A stretch of DNA of 64,000 bases from a virus (lineage: Duplodnaviria; Caudoviricetes). The DNA lies in IMG/VR virus record IMGVR_UViG_3300005805_000076, positions 7,929 through 71,928 of that record. One strand, 5' to 3'. The translations under genes and the position numbers were made by a program. The notes beneath the pieces were generated by a model. That model saw only the letters and a list, made by a program, of their open reading frames with translations, had not been told where the DNA came from and searched no databases. Shown one piece after another: positions 9,407-20,167 of this stretch (within the stretch, counting starts at the first letter, position 1; each line of letters starts with the position of its first letter).

Positions 9407-10240
9407 ATGGATTATTATCAAGCATTGAACGTTGACAAAACTGCTAGTCAAGAAGATATCAAAAAAGCATATAGACGCCTAGCATCTAAACATCATCCAG
9501 ATAAAGGTGGTGATACTAAAAAATTTCAAGAAATCCAAACAGCTTATGATGTGTTAAGCGATCCGGCCAAACGTCAACAATACGATAACGGTGGGGCACA
9601 ACAATTTAACTTTAATCCAGGTAATTTTGGTGGACATGATATTAACGATATTTTTAGACAGTTTGGATTTCATTTTGGTGGGGGACCTGACCCATTTGCG
9701 GGATTTCGAAATCAAAGGAAAAATAAGGATCTGAGAATAGAAATTACGTTGAATTTAGCTGAAACATTAAATGATCAAACTAAAATACTAAACATCAAAA
9801 CTACGACAGGCACAAACGAAAATGTCAATTTAACTATTCCGCGTGGTGTTACTCAGGGCGCTAGTATCAAATATAGCGGTTTGGGAGATAACATGTTTAC
9901 CAACCTGCCTCGCGGTGATCTTTACATACATTTTAATATTAGGAACGACCCAAACTTTATTGTACAAGGTTTGGATTTAATTAAACAGTTGACTATAGAC
10001 TGCTTTGACGCTATATTAGGTTGTAGACAGGAAATAACTGGATTAGATGGCAAGGTGTTTGCGGTGCAGGTTCCGGCTGGTTGCCAACAAGGTATGAAGC
10101 TTAAAATTCCAGGCGAAGGACTATATGGATTTCAGAAAGATATTAAAGGTAATCTGTATATTTTAATGAATATATCTATTCCCACAAATTTAAACACAGA
10201 AGATTTAGAATTAGTTAGGACTTTGGCTAATAAAGGTTAA
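9407..10240 (+). CDS. dnaJ: DnaJ/CbpA-type chaperone without zinc finger
   Basis: DYYQAL, HPDKGG J-domain, G/F-rich linker, PRGDLY C-terminal domain. Confidence 0.92.
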   Translation: MDYYQALNVDKTASQEDIKKAYRRLASKHHPDKGGDTKKFQEIQTAYDVLSDPAKRQQYDNGGAQQFNFNPGNFGGHDINDIFRQFGFHFGGGPDPFAGFRNQRKNKDLRIEITLNLAETLNDQTKILNIKTTTGTNENVNLTIPRGVTQGASIKYSGLGDNMFTNLPRGDLYIHFNIRNDPNFIVQGLDLIKQLTIDCFDAILGCRQEITGLDGKVFAVQVPAGCQQGMKLKIPGEGLYGFQKDIKGNLYILMNISIPTNLNTEDLELVRTLANKG

Positions 10241-10248
10241 ATATTTTT

Positions 10249-12540
10249 ATGCTACATACAAACCCAGACATTGAAACAATTATTGAAGCAGCTACCGACT
10301 TAGCGGTTGCTAAGAATCATGAATACGTGACATTGGAACATCTATTGTTGGCCATGGCTAAACATGTTCCGTTCTACAAGATCCTAGTAGAATTTGGTGG
10401 CGATGTGGATCAACTAATTGAAGACGTTGATAATTATTTAAATCAACAAACATATCTCAAAACCAATAGTAATGATTCTACCCCTAAAAAAACACATAGC
10501 TTAGAGCGAGTATTTAATAGGGCTTATACACAGGTTCTTTTCAGTGGCCGACAAAGCATGCAAATCATTGACCTCTATCTCAGCATTATGAGTGAGGATA
10601 AGAGTCATGCTTGTTATTTCCTTAACAAATACGGGTATGATCGTGCCAAATTAATTAACTACTGGAACGATGCTCACAGTAATGCTAAAGGTAAGAAAAA
10701 GTCACGTAATGCTGTAGATGCTATATTAGATGAATACTGCACTAACCTCAGTGACCTAGCAGCTAATGGCAAGATTGATCCTGTAATAGGTCGTGAATTA
10801 GAACTTGAAGAAATCGCGCATATCCTAGCTAAACGCAATAAAAGTAATGTATTAATGGTGGGTGATCCCGGTGTAGGTAAAACTGCTATAGCTGAAGGGT
10901 TAGCGTTAAACATCACTAATAAAGATGTGCCTGAATACTTACTGGATTATACTGTTTATAGCCTAGATATAGGAAGCCTATTGGCCGGCAGCAAATACCG
11001 TGGAGAATTTGAGGAAAAACTCAAAGATGTAATCAAAGCTCTTGGACTAAAAGGTAAAACAATCTTATTCATTGATGAGGCGCACCAAATGCGCGGCGCT
11101 GGCTCAGGCAGTAACAGCAGCGTGGATTTCAGCAATATGATTAAACCTGCCTTAAGCAAGGGCAATATTAAGGTTGTGGCCAGCACCACTTGGGAAGAGT
11201 TCACACAAAGTTTTGAAAAAGATCGTGCATTGATGCGCAGATTTTATAGACTCACGGTTGAAGAACCCAGCCCCGAAACTGCTAAAAACATCCTGCGCGG
11301 TTTGAAAGAACATTTTGAAGAATTCCACGGCGGTGAGATCAGCGATGAGGCTATTGAAGCAGCCGTAGATCTAAGTGTACGTTATCAAACTGATAAAAAA
11401 TTACCTGATAAGGCCATTGACCTTATTGATACTGCCAGTGCAAAACTGAAGATATCAAGCAAAAACTTTATAGTAAGACGTAGCCACATTATTGATACAT
11501 TAAGCAAATTTACTAAAATACCAGTGGAAACTTTGGACAGTGATAAGACTAAGAGTCTTACTACTTTGGATACTGATATCAAAGCAAGATTGTTTGGTCA
11601 GGATCAAGCAGTGGATAAGGTACTTGAAAAAATATATGTAAGTAGAGCTGGACTTAAAAGCCTCAACAAACCAGTGGGTAATTTCTTATTCTTAGGACCA
11701 ACTGGCACAGGAAAAACTGAACTGGCTAAATTACTTGCTGAACATTTAGGTATGAAATTATTACGCTATGATATGAGTGAGTATCAAGAAAAACATGCCA
11801 TAGCTAAACTAATAGGTGCTCCACCAGGATATGTTGGCTATGATGATAGCAATATACGCGGTGGTATGCTTATCAGTGATATTGAGAAAAACCCAAACTG
11901 TGTATTATTGTTTGATGAGATTGAAAAGGCGCATCCAGACGTTAGCAATATCTTACTCAGTATCATGGATGAAGGTGTTGTGACCAGTAGCAGCGGCAAA
12001 AAAGCAGATTGCCGTAATAGCATAGTTATTCTTACCAGTAACTTAGGTGCTGCTGAAAATGAAAAGAATACTATTGGGTTCAATGTAAATCTACAAAAAA
12101 CTGGTGAGGATGACAAAGCTGTACAAGAATTCTTCAAACCAGAATTTAGAAATCGTTTGGATGGTATTGTTAAATTCAACAGTTTAGAAGAACAACATAT
12201 CAAACTAATCGTTGGTAAGTTTATTGCTGAAATAAATGATTTGTTAAGTGATAAAAATATCAAAATTTATCTAACTGATACAGCAATAGATTATATTATT
12301 AGCAAGGGATATGATAAAAAACTAGGTGCACGGCCCTTATATAGGAAAATTGACGAATTAGTCAAAATCCCTTTAAGTAAAAAGATACTGTTTGAAAACA
12401 TTGCAAATTGTACAATAGATATTGATTACAGAGACGAATTAACTTTCGATATAGTAACCAGCAAATTTATGTACAACAAACCTAATATGGTGGACGAAAA
12501 TGGATACATCGTTGTGGAAAAACTTAAATCCAACTGTTAA
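10249..12540 (+). CDS. clpA: ClpA-like AAA+ unfoldase
   Basis: Clp N domain (HEYVTLEHLL), GDPGVGKT, GPTGTGKT, YDMSEY, TIGF loop, GARPL. Confidence 0.9.
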   Translation: MLHTNPDIETIIEAATDLAVAKNHEYVTLEHLLLAMAKHVPFYKILVEFGGDVDQLIEDVDNYLNQQTYLKTNSNDSTPKKTHSLERVFNRAYTQVLFSGRQSMQIIDLYLSIMSEDKSHACYFLNKYGYDRAKLINYWNDAHSNAKGKKKSRNAVDAILDEYCTNLSDLAANGKIDPVIGRELELEEIAHILAKRNKSNVLMVGDPGVGKTAIAEGLALNITNKDVPEYLLDYTVYSLDIGSLLAGSKYRGEFEEKLKDVIKALGLKGKTILFIDEAHQMRGAGSGSNSSVDFSNMIKPALSKGNIKVVASTTWEEFTQSFEKDRALMRRFYRLTVEEPSPETAKNILRGLKEHFEEFHGGEISDEAIEAAVDLSVRYQTDKKLPDKAIDLIDTASAKLKISSKNFIVRRSHIIDTLSKFTKIPVETLDSDKTKSLTTLDTDIKARLFGQDQAVDKVLEKIYVSRAGLKSLNKPVGNFLFLGPTGTGKTELAKLLAEHLGMKLLRYDMSEYQEKHAIAKLIGAPPGYVGYDDSNIRGGMLISDIEKNPNCVLLFDEIEKAHPDVSNILLSIMDEGVVTSSSGKKADCRNSIVILTSNLGAAENEKNTIGFNVNLQKTGEDDKAVQEFFKPEFRNRLDGIVKFNSLEEQHIKLIVGKFIAEINDLLSDKNIKIYLTDTAIDYIISKGYDKKLGARPLYRKIDELVKIPLSKKILFENIANCTIDIDYRDELTFDIVTSKFMYNKPNMVDENGYIVVEKLKSNC

Positions 12541-13213
12541 TTTTAAGTTAACTAAGAAGTTATTCTTTAATAAATTTCTTTTTAAAGTAACACTATTTTG
12601 TCCTGGGTCTAGAGCTGTGGTTAGTGTTGGTCCTGATGTAGAGTCAGTAAAAAATTATATATTACATAGAACCTATATTTATAATAACTATACATACAGA
12701 CCAATAACAGAAGATCGATTAAAACTAGCAGATACAAATCAATTAGACTATTTGTTACAAGTTAAAAGACAAAAGGGTGATAAAGTTAAGATACGTTGTG
12801 AAGAACCATATATAGATCTATATTGTCTACACGAACAGGATTTGTACGATATTCTTAAAGATTGTCCAGGTATAAATGAAAGACTACTGCATGTATGGAC
12901 TCCAAAAAATGACAAGTTTCAAAATGTGTTATTAGGTGGTAATATCATAATGGCCAAAGATTTTGAGTTTAAATATAAAATTATTTTAAAAAACAAATGT
13001 GATTTTTCCACACGTCAAGCACTATACAAATATCTTTTGAACTGGGGTGATCAAGTTAAAATACCTCCAGGTGTAGTAAGGAATCTAACTAGTTCATATA
13101 GTTACGGTGAAAAATATTTTTATGCTATGGATAAGGATGTTGTGTTGGCCATTGGTCTAATAGATCCAAACCTCATAACACAAATATTTCCTATACATGC
13201 AGCCGATCAATAA
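12500..13213 (+). CDS. hypothetical protein
   Basis: 237-aa ORF. Confidence 0.65.
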   Translation: MDTSLWKNLNPTVNFKLTKKLFFNKFLFKVTLFCPGSRAVVSVGPDVESVKNYILHRTYIYNNYTYRPITEDRLKLADTNQLDYLLQVKRQKGDKVKIRCEEPYIDLYCLHEQDLYDILKDCPGINERLLHVWTPKNDKFQNVLLGGNIIMAKDFEFKYKIILKNKCDFSTRQALYKYLLNWGDQVKIPPGVVRNLTSSYSYGEKYFYAMDKDVVLAIGLIDPNLITQIFPIHAADQ

Positions 13214-13238
13214 ATAATAGACAAAGTAAGGAATTTAT

Positions 13239-13400
13239 ATGGCAAAAATTCAAGAACAGTCTGTGGTTATTACATTTAGTAAGTTAGCTAAAGACAGTGC
13301 AAAAGATCAAAAACTAGTAAGCGATGAACTAATTACTCAACTATGTCAAATAGCTGAAGAATTAGCACCAGATCTTGTGGTAGAAGTAAAAACCAAATAA
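13239..13400 (+). CDS. hypothetical protein (53 aa, absent from ORF track)
   Basis: MAKIQEQSVVITFSKL...; TAAATA and AAGGA upstream. Confidence 0.65.
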   Translation: MAKIQEQSVVITFSKLAKDSAKDQKLVSDELITQLCQIAEELAPDLVVEVKTK

Positions 13401-13419
13401 TATTTCGAAAGAATCAATA

Positions 13420-14397
13420 ATGAGTGATAAAAAAGTCAAAGCCAAAGAAGTAACCGCTAAACCCAGCAACAAACCTATTCCAAAACTAACCAAACCAATT
13501 ATGCCAGTTCCTGGTGCCGTAAAAGCACCTGAGAATCAACGTAAACAGTTTGACTTCAGTAAGGTACATGTGCATTTCGCAGTGCCTTGTTATGGTGGAA
13601 TGGTCAGTGAACCAACCATGACCAGCTTTCTACGTTTTACATTGATGGCTGCAAAGATTGGTATGAACTGGAGTTTGGATACTATGGTCAATGAAAGTCT
13701 AGTTACTAGAGCTAGAAATAACCTCTGTGCTAAGATGATGACCAATGCAGCGGCCACACATTTTATGTTTATTGACGCTGACATACGTTTTGAACCTGAT
13801 GCTATATTTGGTATGGTGGCTGCTGATAAGGATGTGATTGGTGGTTTGTATCCTAAAAAGAGTTTACCTATTGACTATGTTATTAATTTAAAGAATGGCG
13901 GTCGTATTGAAGGACCATTGTTCCAAGTTGATACACAGGGCACTGGATTCTTGTTATTTAAGAAACATGTATATCAAAAACTAATTGACTCACACCCAGA
14001 GTGCAAATATGTAGATGATATCGGTTTAGGCAAACAATTTGAACCATTCATGTACAGTATTTTTGATACTGTCATTGATGAACGTGGACATTATCTGTCA
14101 GAAGACTGGACCTTCTGTCGTCGCTGGCAAGCATTGGGTGGGGATATTTGGGCCGATAGTCGTGTATTGCTGAACCACATTGGACACTATGAGTTCAAAG
14201 GTGATCTAGCTGCTCTTGAACGCAAAGGGTTGAAGCGTATTGATACCAGTACTCCAGAGGGCAAAGCAGCATTAGATGCACATCTTAAAGCACAAAAAGA
14301 AGCGGCTGCAAAAAAGTTAGCTGAGATGGAAAATAAACCTGCTGAGGATACCGCAGCAAAAACAACCACAGAAGCAGTAGTACAACCAGCAGAATAA
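13420..14397 (+). CDS. GT-A fold glycosyltransferase-like protein
   Basis: AVPCYGG, FMFIDADI (DxD), SEDWTFCRRW. Confidence 0.75.
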   Translation: MSDKKVKAKEVTAKPSNKPIPKLTKPIMPVPGAVKAPENQRKQFDFSKVHVHFAVPCYGGMVSEPTMTSFLRFTLMAAKIGMNWSLDTMVNESLVTRARNNLCAKMMTNAAATHFMFIDADIRFEPDAIFGMVAADKDVIGGLYPKKSLPIDYVINLKNGGRIEGPLFQVDTQGTGFLLFKKHVYQKLIDSHPECKYVDDIGLGKQFEPFMYSIFDTVIDERGHYLSEDWTFCRRWQALGGDIWADSRVLLNHIGHYEFKGDLAALERKGLKRIDTSTPEGKAALDAHLKAQKEAAAKKLAEMENKPAEDTAAKTTTEAVVQPAE

Positions 14398-14418
14398 GCT
14401 ACAATCGTGTTAAATAGC

Positions 14419-14451
14419 AAGCCAGAAACAAGTGTTTCTGGCTTCTTTTTT
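14419..14451 (+). terminator. intrinsic terminator
   Basis: AAGCCAGAAAC-aagt-GTTTCTGGCTT perfect 11-bp stem plus T tract. Confidence 0.85.
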
Positions 14452-14483
14452 ACTAAATACATTATTAAAAAGCGGATTTAATT

Positions 14484-16214
14484 ATGTATGCCAACGAACT
14501 TTTTGAAGCACCAAGACGCACTATTGTATTGTATGCTGGTAGGTTTCAACCTTTTCACAAAGGACATAAAAAAGCCTACGAACATTTAGTAAAAAAGTTC
14601 GGCAGAGATAATGTTTATATCAGTACCAGCAATAAAGTAGAGCTTCCCAAAAGTCCATTTAGTTTTAGCGATAAAAGCTATTTCATGCAGATGCAGGGCA
14701 TACCAATGGATATGGTCGTTGAAAGTGCCAGCCCATATCGCAGTTTAGAATTAGTTTCTAAATTTGATCCTAACAATACCAACCTTGTAGTAGCGGTTAG
14801 CGAAAAAGACAGTGCAAGGTTTGGTAATATTGGTATGAAGAAAGGAGGCGATCTCACCTATTTTCAAAATATACCAGACAAACTCAATAAAATGGAAAGC
14901 CTAGCAAATCACGGTTATGTGTATCTTGTACCTACATTCAATTTTACAGTGTTAGGCAAACCAATGCGCAGTGCTACTGAAGTAAGGGCACAATATATTG
15001 CAGCAGACCAAGAAACACGTAAAAACATAATCAAAGATTTGTTTGGTACATATACCGCAGAAGCACAACAGATTATGGACAACAAGTTACATGAGGATGT
15101 TGAGGTAGCATCAAATGACAGTACCAGTCCAATTTCTACTGGGCAATTTGAAAGCCGTGGACATAAAATTGTTGCTCGTAAGTTAGCAGATATTGAAGCA
15201 CGTAAGAAACGTAAACGTGAAGCTGCCGAGCGTGCGGAGCAAGAACGTAAAGCCAAAGAAAAAGATCAGGATCAAAATTTAGATAAAGTAAATGAGATGG
15301 GTGGGGTTGGTGTTATTGCCAATAAGAAGCAAGCAAAAGATCCTAGATATTCTATGAGTTTAACCAAAGATGTGCGTCCAGATGCTATTGAAAAAAGTCT
15401 AAAAGCATTTAAGTTAGCTGAAGATATTGAAACAAATGTTGAGGTTATTGAGGAAAACTTACGTAAATGGTTTAAAGAAAAGTGGGTAAGATTTGGACCA
15501 GATGGAAAAATCAGAGGTGCATGTGCTAGAGACAAGGATACTGAAGGTAAGCCAAAATGTCTCCCACAATCCAAAGCTCATGCTTTGGGTAAGAAAGGTC
15601 GTGCATCAGCAGCAGCACGTAAACGCAAACAAGATCCTAATCCAGAACGCAGAGGTAAGGCAATCAATGTTAAAACGAAAGAAAATGCTATTTTTGAACT
15701 TGATCTTTTAGCACCTCGCACAACATTCTTCAAACTACAAAATGGTCGCTATGTACAGGCAGATTATCGTGCAACTGGCGGCTATGATTCAATCACATCA
15801 GCAATTAAATTCAAATTTGTTGATCCACAAACCGCTAATAATTTAGGATTAGATCAAAGATTAGCAAGTAAAGATAATAAAGCAACTATGGCAGGTGAAC
15901 CAGGAAGACGAGTCATAGCTGATCCTACAGCAATACAGCAGGGTACACCATTTAGTAAAACCAACATAGACGTTGTTGATATAAGTAATCCACCCAAAGA
16001 CTTTCCAAAAGATCTACATTATAGATTAGCAAGATGGCTAATGCAGCAGCAGATAAAATCTAAAAAACCTGTAGCCGAAGCGGGTAAAAAAGATGCGTGT
16101 TACCATAAAGTCCGCAGCCGTTATAAAGTATGGCCCAGTGCATATGCATCAGGTGCGTTAGTTCAATGCCGTAAGAAGGGTGCAAAAAATTGGGGCAAAG
16201 GTTCTAAGAAATAA
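14484..16214 (+). CDS. modular protein: HIGH-type nucleotidyltransferase domain plus basic modules
   Basis: AGRFQPFHKGH; K/R-rich modules WFKEKWVR..KCLP and KKDACYHKV..YASGALVQCRK. Confidence 0.75.
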   Translation: MYANELFEAPRRTIVLYAGRFQPFHKGHKKAYEHLVKKFGRDNVYISTSNKVELPKSPFSFSDKSYFMQMQGIPMDMVVESASPYRSLELVSKFDPNNTNLVVAVSEKDSARFGNIGMKKGGDLTYFQNIPDKLNKMESLANHGYVYLVPTFNFTVLGKPMRSATEVRAQYIAADQETRKNIIKDLFGTYTAEAQQIMDNKLHEDVEVASNDSTSPISTGQFESRGHKIVARKLADIEARKKRKREAAERAEQERKAKEKDQDQNLDKVNEMGGVGVIANKKQAKDPRYSMSLTKDVRPDAIEKSLKAFKLAEDIETNVEVIEENLRKWFKEKWVRFGPDGKIRGACARDKDTEGKPKCLPQSKAHALGKKGRASAAARKRKQDPNPERRGKAINVKTKENAIFELDLLAPRTTFFKLQNGRYVQADYRATGGYDSITSAIKFKFVDPQTANNLGLDQRLASKDNKATMAGEPGRRVIADPTAIQQGTPFSKTNIDVVDISNPPKDFPKDLHYRLARWLMQQQIKSKKPVAEAGKKDACYHKVRSRYKVWPSAYASGALVQCRKKGAKNWGKGSKK

Positions 16215-18434
16215 ATGCATATCTTTGATTTTGATAATCTTGATGAAAAAGTTAATGCTGAGGTATTCCTACCCAGCTTTAATGAACAACACAGAGAAAT
16301 TATTGCTAAAAACGGCAAACCATATGTATTGATAGCTAAACCAGGACCACGTTCTTTACATCAAAAATTTCGTGATCCCAGTCGATTGTTTAGCATAGAA
16401 GCTTATCCAAAGGTAAAAGATCAAGTTTCTAAATATCGTGTAGGTTTAGTAAACTTTGTTAATCACGGCGATCATGTGGAAGCTGAGGATGTACACGTTG
16501 ATCCAAAACATCGTCGCAAAGGTTTAGCAAAGGCCATGTATCAATTTGCTAAAGACGTTGTGGGCGATATTAAGCCTAGTTCAAAACAAACAAGTATGGG
16601 CAAGCAAATGTGGAGTGGATTCAGTGGCGATAAGTCATTAAATGAAGCTTCAGCCAAATCTGTATTAGATTATGTTAAAAGTCAGCATCATGATTTCAGA
16701 TTAGATGATGCAATTTTAGGTCACAAATCATGGCAATTAGTACAGATGCCACTAAGCAAGTTACGCATACCTGATCCTGAATCAGGTGAGGATGAATTAG
16801 ATCCTTATGACCGTGTACAGTGGATGGATATGAGTCATGTGGACGAAATTACCCCGCAGGACATTAAACGTCGTCCTATTGTTGCAGATAATGAAGGCAA
16901 CATAATAGACGGAAATCATCGTGCTCTAGCAGCTAGATTGATGGGTATGCCAACTATACCAACTTGGGTTCCAATAAACATGACAGACAAAGAACAGTCT
17001 TTACAGGAACGAGTGAGCAGTGTCCTATTCCATTACACTAATATCTATGCTGCTATGAAAATATTAGAATCTGGTGAATTTCAACTCAGCAGCTCTTTGG
17101 GCACAGATGTTGAATCTCAATATGCACCGAAAGGATATCCTTATTTTCTTAGTGCTACCCGTACTCGTACTGGTGGATATCACGACATTATAGGTGATAC
17201 TGCGGTGATGTTTGTACTAGATGGCGATTGGTTTAACCAACGTTATCCTGGTAAATCTGTAGATTATTGGGGCAATAGAGATCCGTTACAATCTTATCAC
17301 AGAGCTCATGAAGCTGAGGATCGTATATTCAGCCAAGAACCTTCAATCCCCATTAATGGGGTACGAGCAGTACATGTATTAGTAAAGCGTGATTCAGATG
17401 AAAACCGCAAAGCGTGGGGACGTAAGGTGTTAATCGCTGCTAAAAAGAGAAACATACCAGTATATCTTTACGACGAAAAAGAAACATGGCGGTCATTGGA
17501 TAGCAGCCGTGCCGTGTCCTCAGATTATTTAAAGGGGCAGGATCCGGCTGCTGGCCGTGGTACTAGAGGTCATCGTGGATATCTCATGCCTTGGATGGAA
17601 TTATTGCAGGCTCAGAATAAGAGTCAGTTAAGTAAACGTGCAGATAGCATACGTTACGGTTTAGCCTACACATACGATAAAGCTGAGTCAGTACGCGGGT
17701 TAAGTACTGATCTCAGCAATGCTAGAAAACCTGATGCTGGACCTGACAGGGAACATGCTGTAAAAATAATCAATTTTATGCGTCGTAATGGTTTATCAAC
17801 TATAAAAGATTTGGTGGATTTTCTAGCTAAGAAATGGGAGCCTAAAAAGCAGGCTGTGGGAGAAAACTTTGCGGATGGTAAAAAGCCTGGGCGTAAGGGT
17901 CTAAGTAAAAGAATGGGAGTACCTACAAAGGCCAGTGTAAGTAAACTTAGAAAGATTGCCAAATCCAGCAGTGGAGAAAAACAGAGAATGGCACACTGGT
18001 TAGCCAATATGAAAGCAGGCAAAAAGAAAATGACCAAAGAATCAAAACAGCAACCTGATCTACCTCAATTATTGAAACAATTTTTCCCTATAGCAATGAA
18101 AGTATTAAAGCTGGATCATTTGCCTAAGATTGAGTTAGAAAAGCATATAGAAGCACATGATGGGCAAGCTACGTTTGGCAGGTTTGTAAATGGAGAAAAG
18201 ACCATATATCTAGCAATAATGAACAGGCATCCCATAGACATTTTACGTACTTTAGCACATGAATTAGCACATTATAAGCAGTTAGTGGATAACAGATTAG
18301 ATGCGGATAGTGGTAGAACTGGCAGTCCTGAAGAAAATGAGGCACATGTTAAAGCTGGCATTATAATGCGTTTATTCAACAAGAAGTATCCTGAAACCTT
18401 AAATTTAGCACCGATAACCGCAAAGTCAAAATAG
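16215..18434 (+). CDS. modular protein: GNAT, ParB/Srx-like, ART-like, basic module and HExxH peptidase domains
   Basis: VHVDPKHRRKGLA; IIDGNHRA; FHYT..LSATR..EAEDR; TLAHELAH. Confidence 0.75.
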   Translation: MHIFDFDNLDEKVNAEVFLPSFNEQHREIIAKNGKPYVLIAKPGPRSLHQKFRDPSRLFSIEAYPKVKDQVSKYRVGLVNFVNHGDHVEAEDVHVDPKHRRKGLAKAMYQFAKDVVGDIKPSSKQTSMGKQMWSGFSGDKSLNEASAKSVLDYVKSQHHDFRLDDAILGHKSWQLVQMPLSKLRIPDPESGEDELDPYDRVQWMDMSHVDEITPQDIKRRPIVADNEGNIIDGNHRALAARLMGMPTIPTWVPINMTDKEQSLQERVSSVLFHYTNIYAAMKILESGEFQLSSSLGTDVESQYAPKGYPYFLSATRTRTGGYHDIIGDTAVMFVLDGDWFNQRYPGKSVDYWGNRDPLQSYHRAHEAEDRIFSQEPSIPINGVRAVHVLVKRDSDENRKAWGRKVLIAAKKRNIPVYLYDEKETWRSLDSSRAVSSDYLKGQDPAAGRGTRGHRGYLMPWMELLQAQNKSQLSKRADSIRYGLAYTYDKAESVRGLSTDLSNARKPDAGPDREHAVKIINFMRRNGLSTIKDLVDFLAKKWEPKKQAVGENFADGKKPGRKGLSKRMGVPTKASVSKLRKIAKSSSGEKQRMAHWLANMKAGKKKMTKESKQQPDLPQLLKQFFPIAMKVLKLDHLPKIELEKHIEAHDGQATFGRFVNGEKTIYLAIMNRHPIDILRTLAHELAHYKQLVDNRLDADSGRTGSPEENEAHVKAGIIMRLFNKKYPETLNLAPITAKSK

Positions 18435-18450
18435 TAGATTAATTAAAATC

Positions 18451-18458
18451 TATAAATA
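18451..18458 (+). promoter_or_regulatory. T4 late promoter consensus
   Basis: exact TATAAATA 20 nt before ATG 18479. Confidence 0.65.
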
Positions 18459-18478
18459 CATAAAGCTGAGGATAGAAT

Positions 18479-20167
18479 ATGAAAAGCAAAGATTTTTTAA
18501 ATGAAAATATTGTTATGGATGCACAAGAGATGCATCAAGATCACGAAGTACAAATGGCACGAGAAGAGTTATATCATGCCGCAGAAAATGCCATTGCTCT
18601 GCATAAATTGCTGCGTCATGTCAGTGAAACACAGGGTTTAGAGGGTTGGGTCAGCAGCAAAATCACGCTAGCTGGTGATTATCTCAAAACCGTTCGTGAG
18701 TATTTAGAATATGAATTAATGACCCTAGCAAGTCCTAGTCCTAATGTAGCGGACAATACACAGTTACCTATTGCTGAAAGCCAAAGTGTGGCGGAGGGCA
18801 TCAAAGGAGAAATAGCAGGTGGCACTCTTGGAGCTTTAGTAGGTGGTGCAGCAATGGGTCCAAACCCAATTGGAACTACTATAGGCAGCGCTCTTGGTGG
18901 TGCTGCTGGCTCTGCGATTGGTGGTCGCTGGGAATATGGAAAACCATTGAAGGAAAAACAACAAATAGATGAAATTGCGCCTTTACTTGCAGCGGGTGCT
19001 AGACTATTTATTGCTGCTGCCCCAAAGATTGCACAGGTAGTTGGAAAAGCTGGGCAGGCAGGAGTCCGTGGTGCTGGACAGGCAGCAAAAGCAGGTGCAG
19101 AAATCGCTGCTAAAAATGCAGGGCAAATTGGTGTTGGAGTAGGTGCTTACGAAATTGGGTCAACTGTAGCGGACATTGCCAAAGAAATAACCAGCAAGAT
19201 GGGGAACGCATTAGATCAAAAAACAGTGTTAGAACTTGCAAATGTAGCGTTTAAGTTTGCTATTCCTGCAGGCGTTGTACTTGCGGTATTATATGGTGGC
19301 AAGAAGGCTATAGATTCTTTGTTTGATAAATCAACTACACGACAAGGTGTGGCGGAAGGCTTGACAGAAGCTAGAAATAGTTTATTTGCCTTTGTAAAGC
19401 AACATTTTCCAAGTTGGCCTGATTATGTGTTGAAAGACTTCTTATATCCACAAGCCAAGGGCATCCGTGACCAAGCAGAGTTAGATGATTTTCTAAAAAG
19501 AAATAAACAAGATTTTGGTAATTGTAAATGGACACTGACTAAACTGCCTATAACATTTGATATCTTTACACCAAAAACTCAGCGTATGCTCGCTAGTCGT
19601 GAAGGTGGTAGTTCTAATCCTTTTCAAGTTCCACGAGATGCTGAAAGACACGCACTACAATCACAAATGATTCAGCAAAAGGGTGTGAGTGCAGAACCAA
19701 TTATTGTTGCTAAATTATCAAACGGTTATGATTTGATTGAAGGTTGGCATAGGACTATTCAGCATTTGAAGGCATTCCCGCAAGGATATACTGGCCCTGC
19801 TTGGGTCTGCACTGGAGCTACATACAAAAGTGAAAGCGTAGAGCAAGGTGTGGCGGAAGCAACAGGTGACCCACAGTTTGATAAGATGCTAAAAGCTATT
19901 ACCAATAAAAAAGCAGTAGCAAAACAACAAAAAACGGATGCTAAACAACAAGCACGTGATGCTTTTGGAGGAATGTTTGGTGGTAACAATCCTGCTGATA
20001 AACTTGGCATTAGGAAGAAAGATGTCAAAGAAAATGCCAGCGCAGGTGCAAGTGGAGCAGGATCAGTGGCCACAGTAGTAAAAGGTGGCAAAGGCAAAAC
20101 CAATTTGTTGGGTGGACCAGAATATAAGGGACATAACCCATTTAAGAAACTAGGCAAGAAAAAATGA
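18479..20167 (+). CDS. modular protein with Gly/Ala-rich hydrophobic segments and a ParB-like domain
   Basis: glycine-zipper-like GGTLGALVGGAA; PIIV..LIEGWHR; three VAE linkers. Confidence 0.7.
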   Translation: MKSKDFLNENIVMDAQEMHQDHEVQMAREELYHAAENAIALHKLLRHVSETQGLEGWVSSKITLAGDYLKTVREYLEYELMTLASPSPNVADNTQLPIAESQSVAEGIKGEIAGGTLGALVGGAAMGPNPIGTTIGSALGGAAGSAIGGRWEYGKPLKEKQQIDEIAPLLAAGARLFIAAAPKIAQVVGKAGQAGVRGAGQAAKAGAEIAAKNAGQIGVGVGAYEIGSTVADIAKEITSKMGNALDQKTVLELANVAFKFAIPAGVVLAVLYGGKKAIDSLFDKSTTRQGVAEGLTEARNSLFAFVKQHFPSWPDYVLKDFLYPQAKGIRDQAELDDFLKRNKQDFGNCKWTLTKLPITFDIFTPKTQRMLASREGGSSNPFQVPRDAERHALQSQMIQQKGVSAEPIIVAKLSNGYDLIEGWHRTIQHLKAFPQGYTGPAWVCTGATYKSESVEQGVAEATGDPQFDKMLKAITNKKAVAKQQKTDAKQQARDAFGGMFGGNNPADKLGIRKKDVKENASAGASGAGSVATVVKGGKGKTNLLGGPEYKGHNPFKKLGKKK

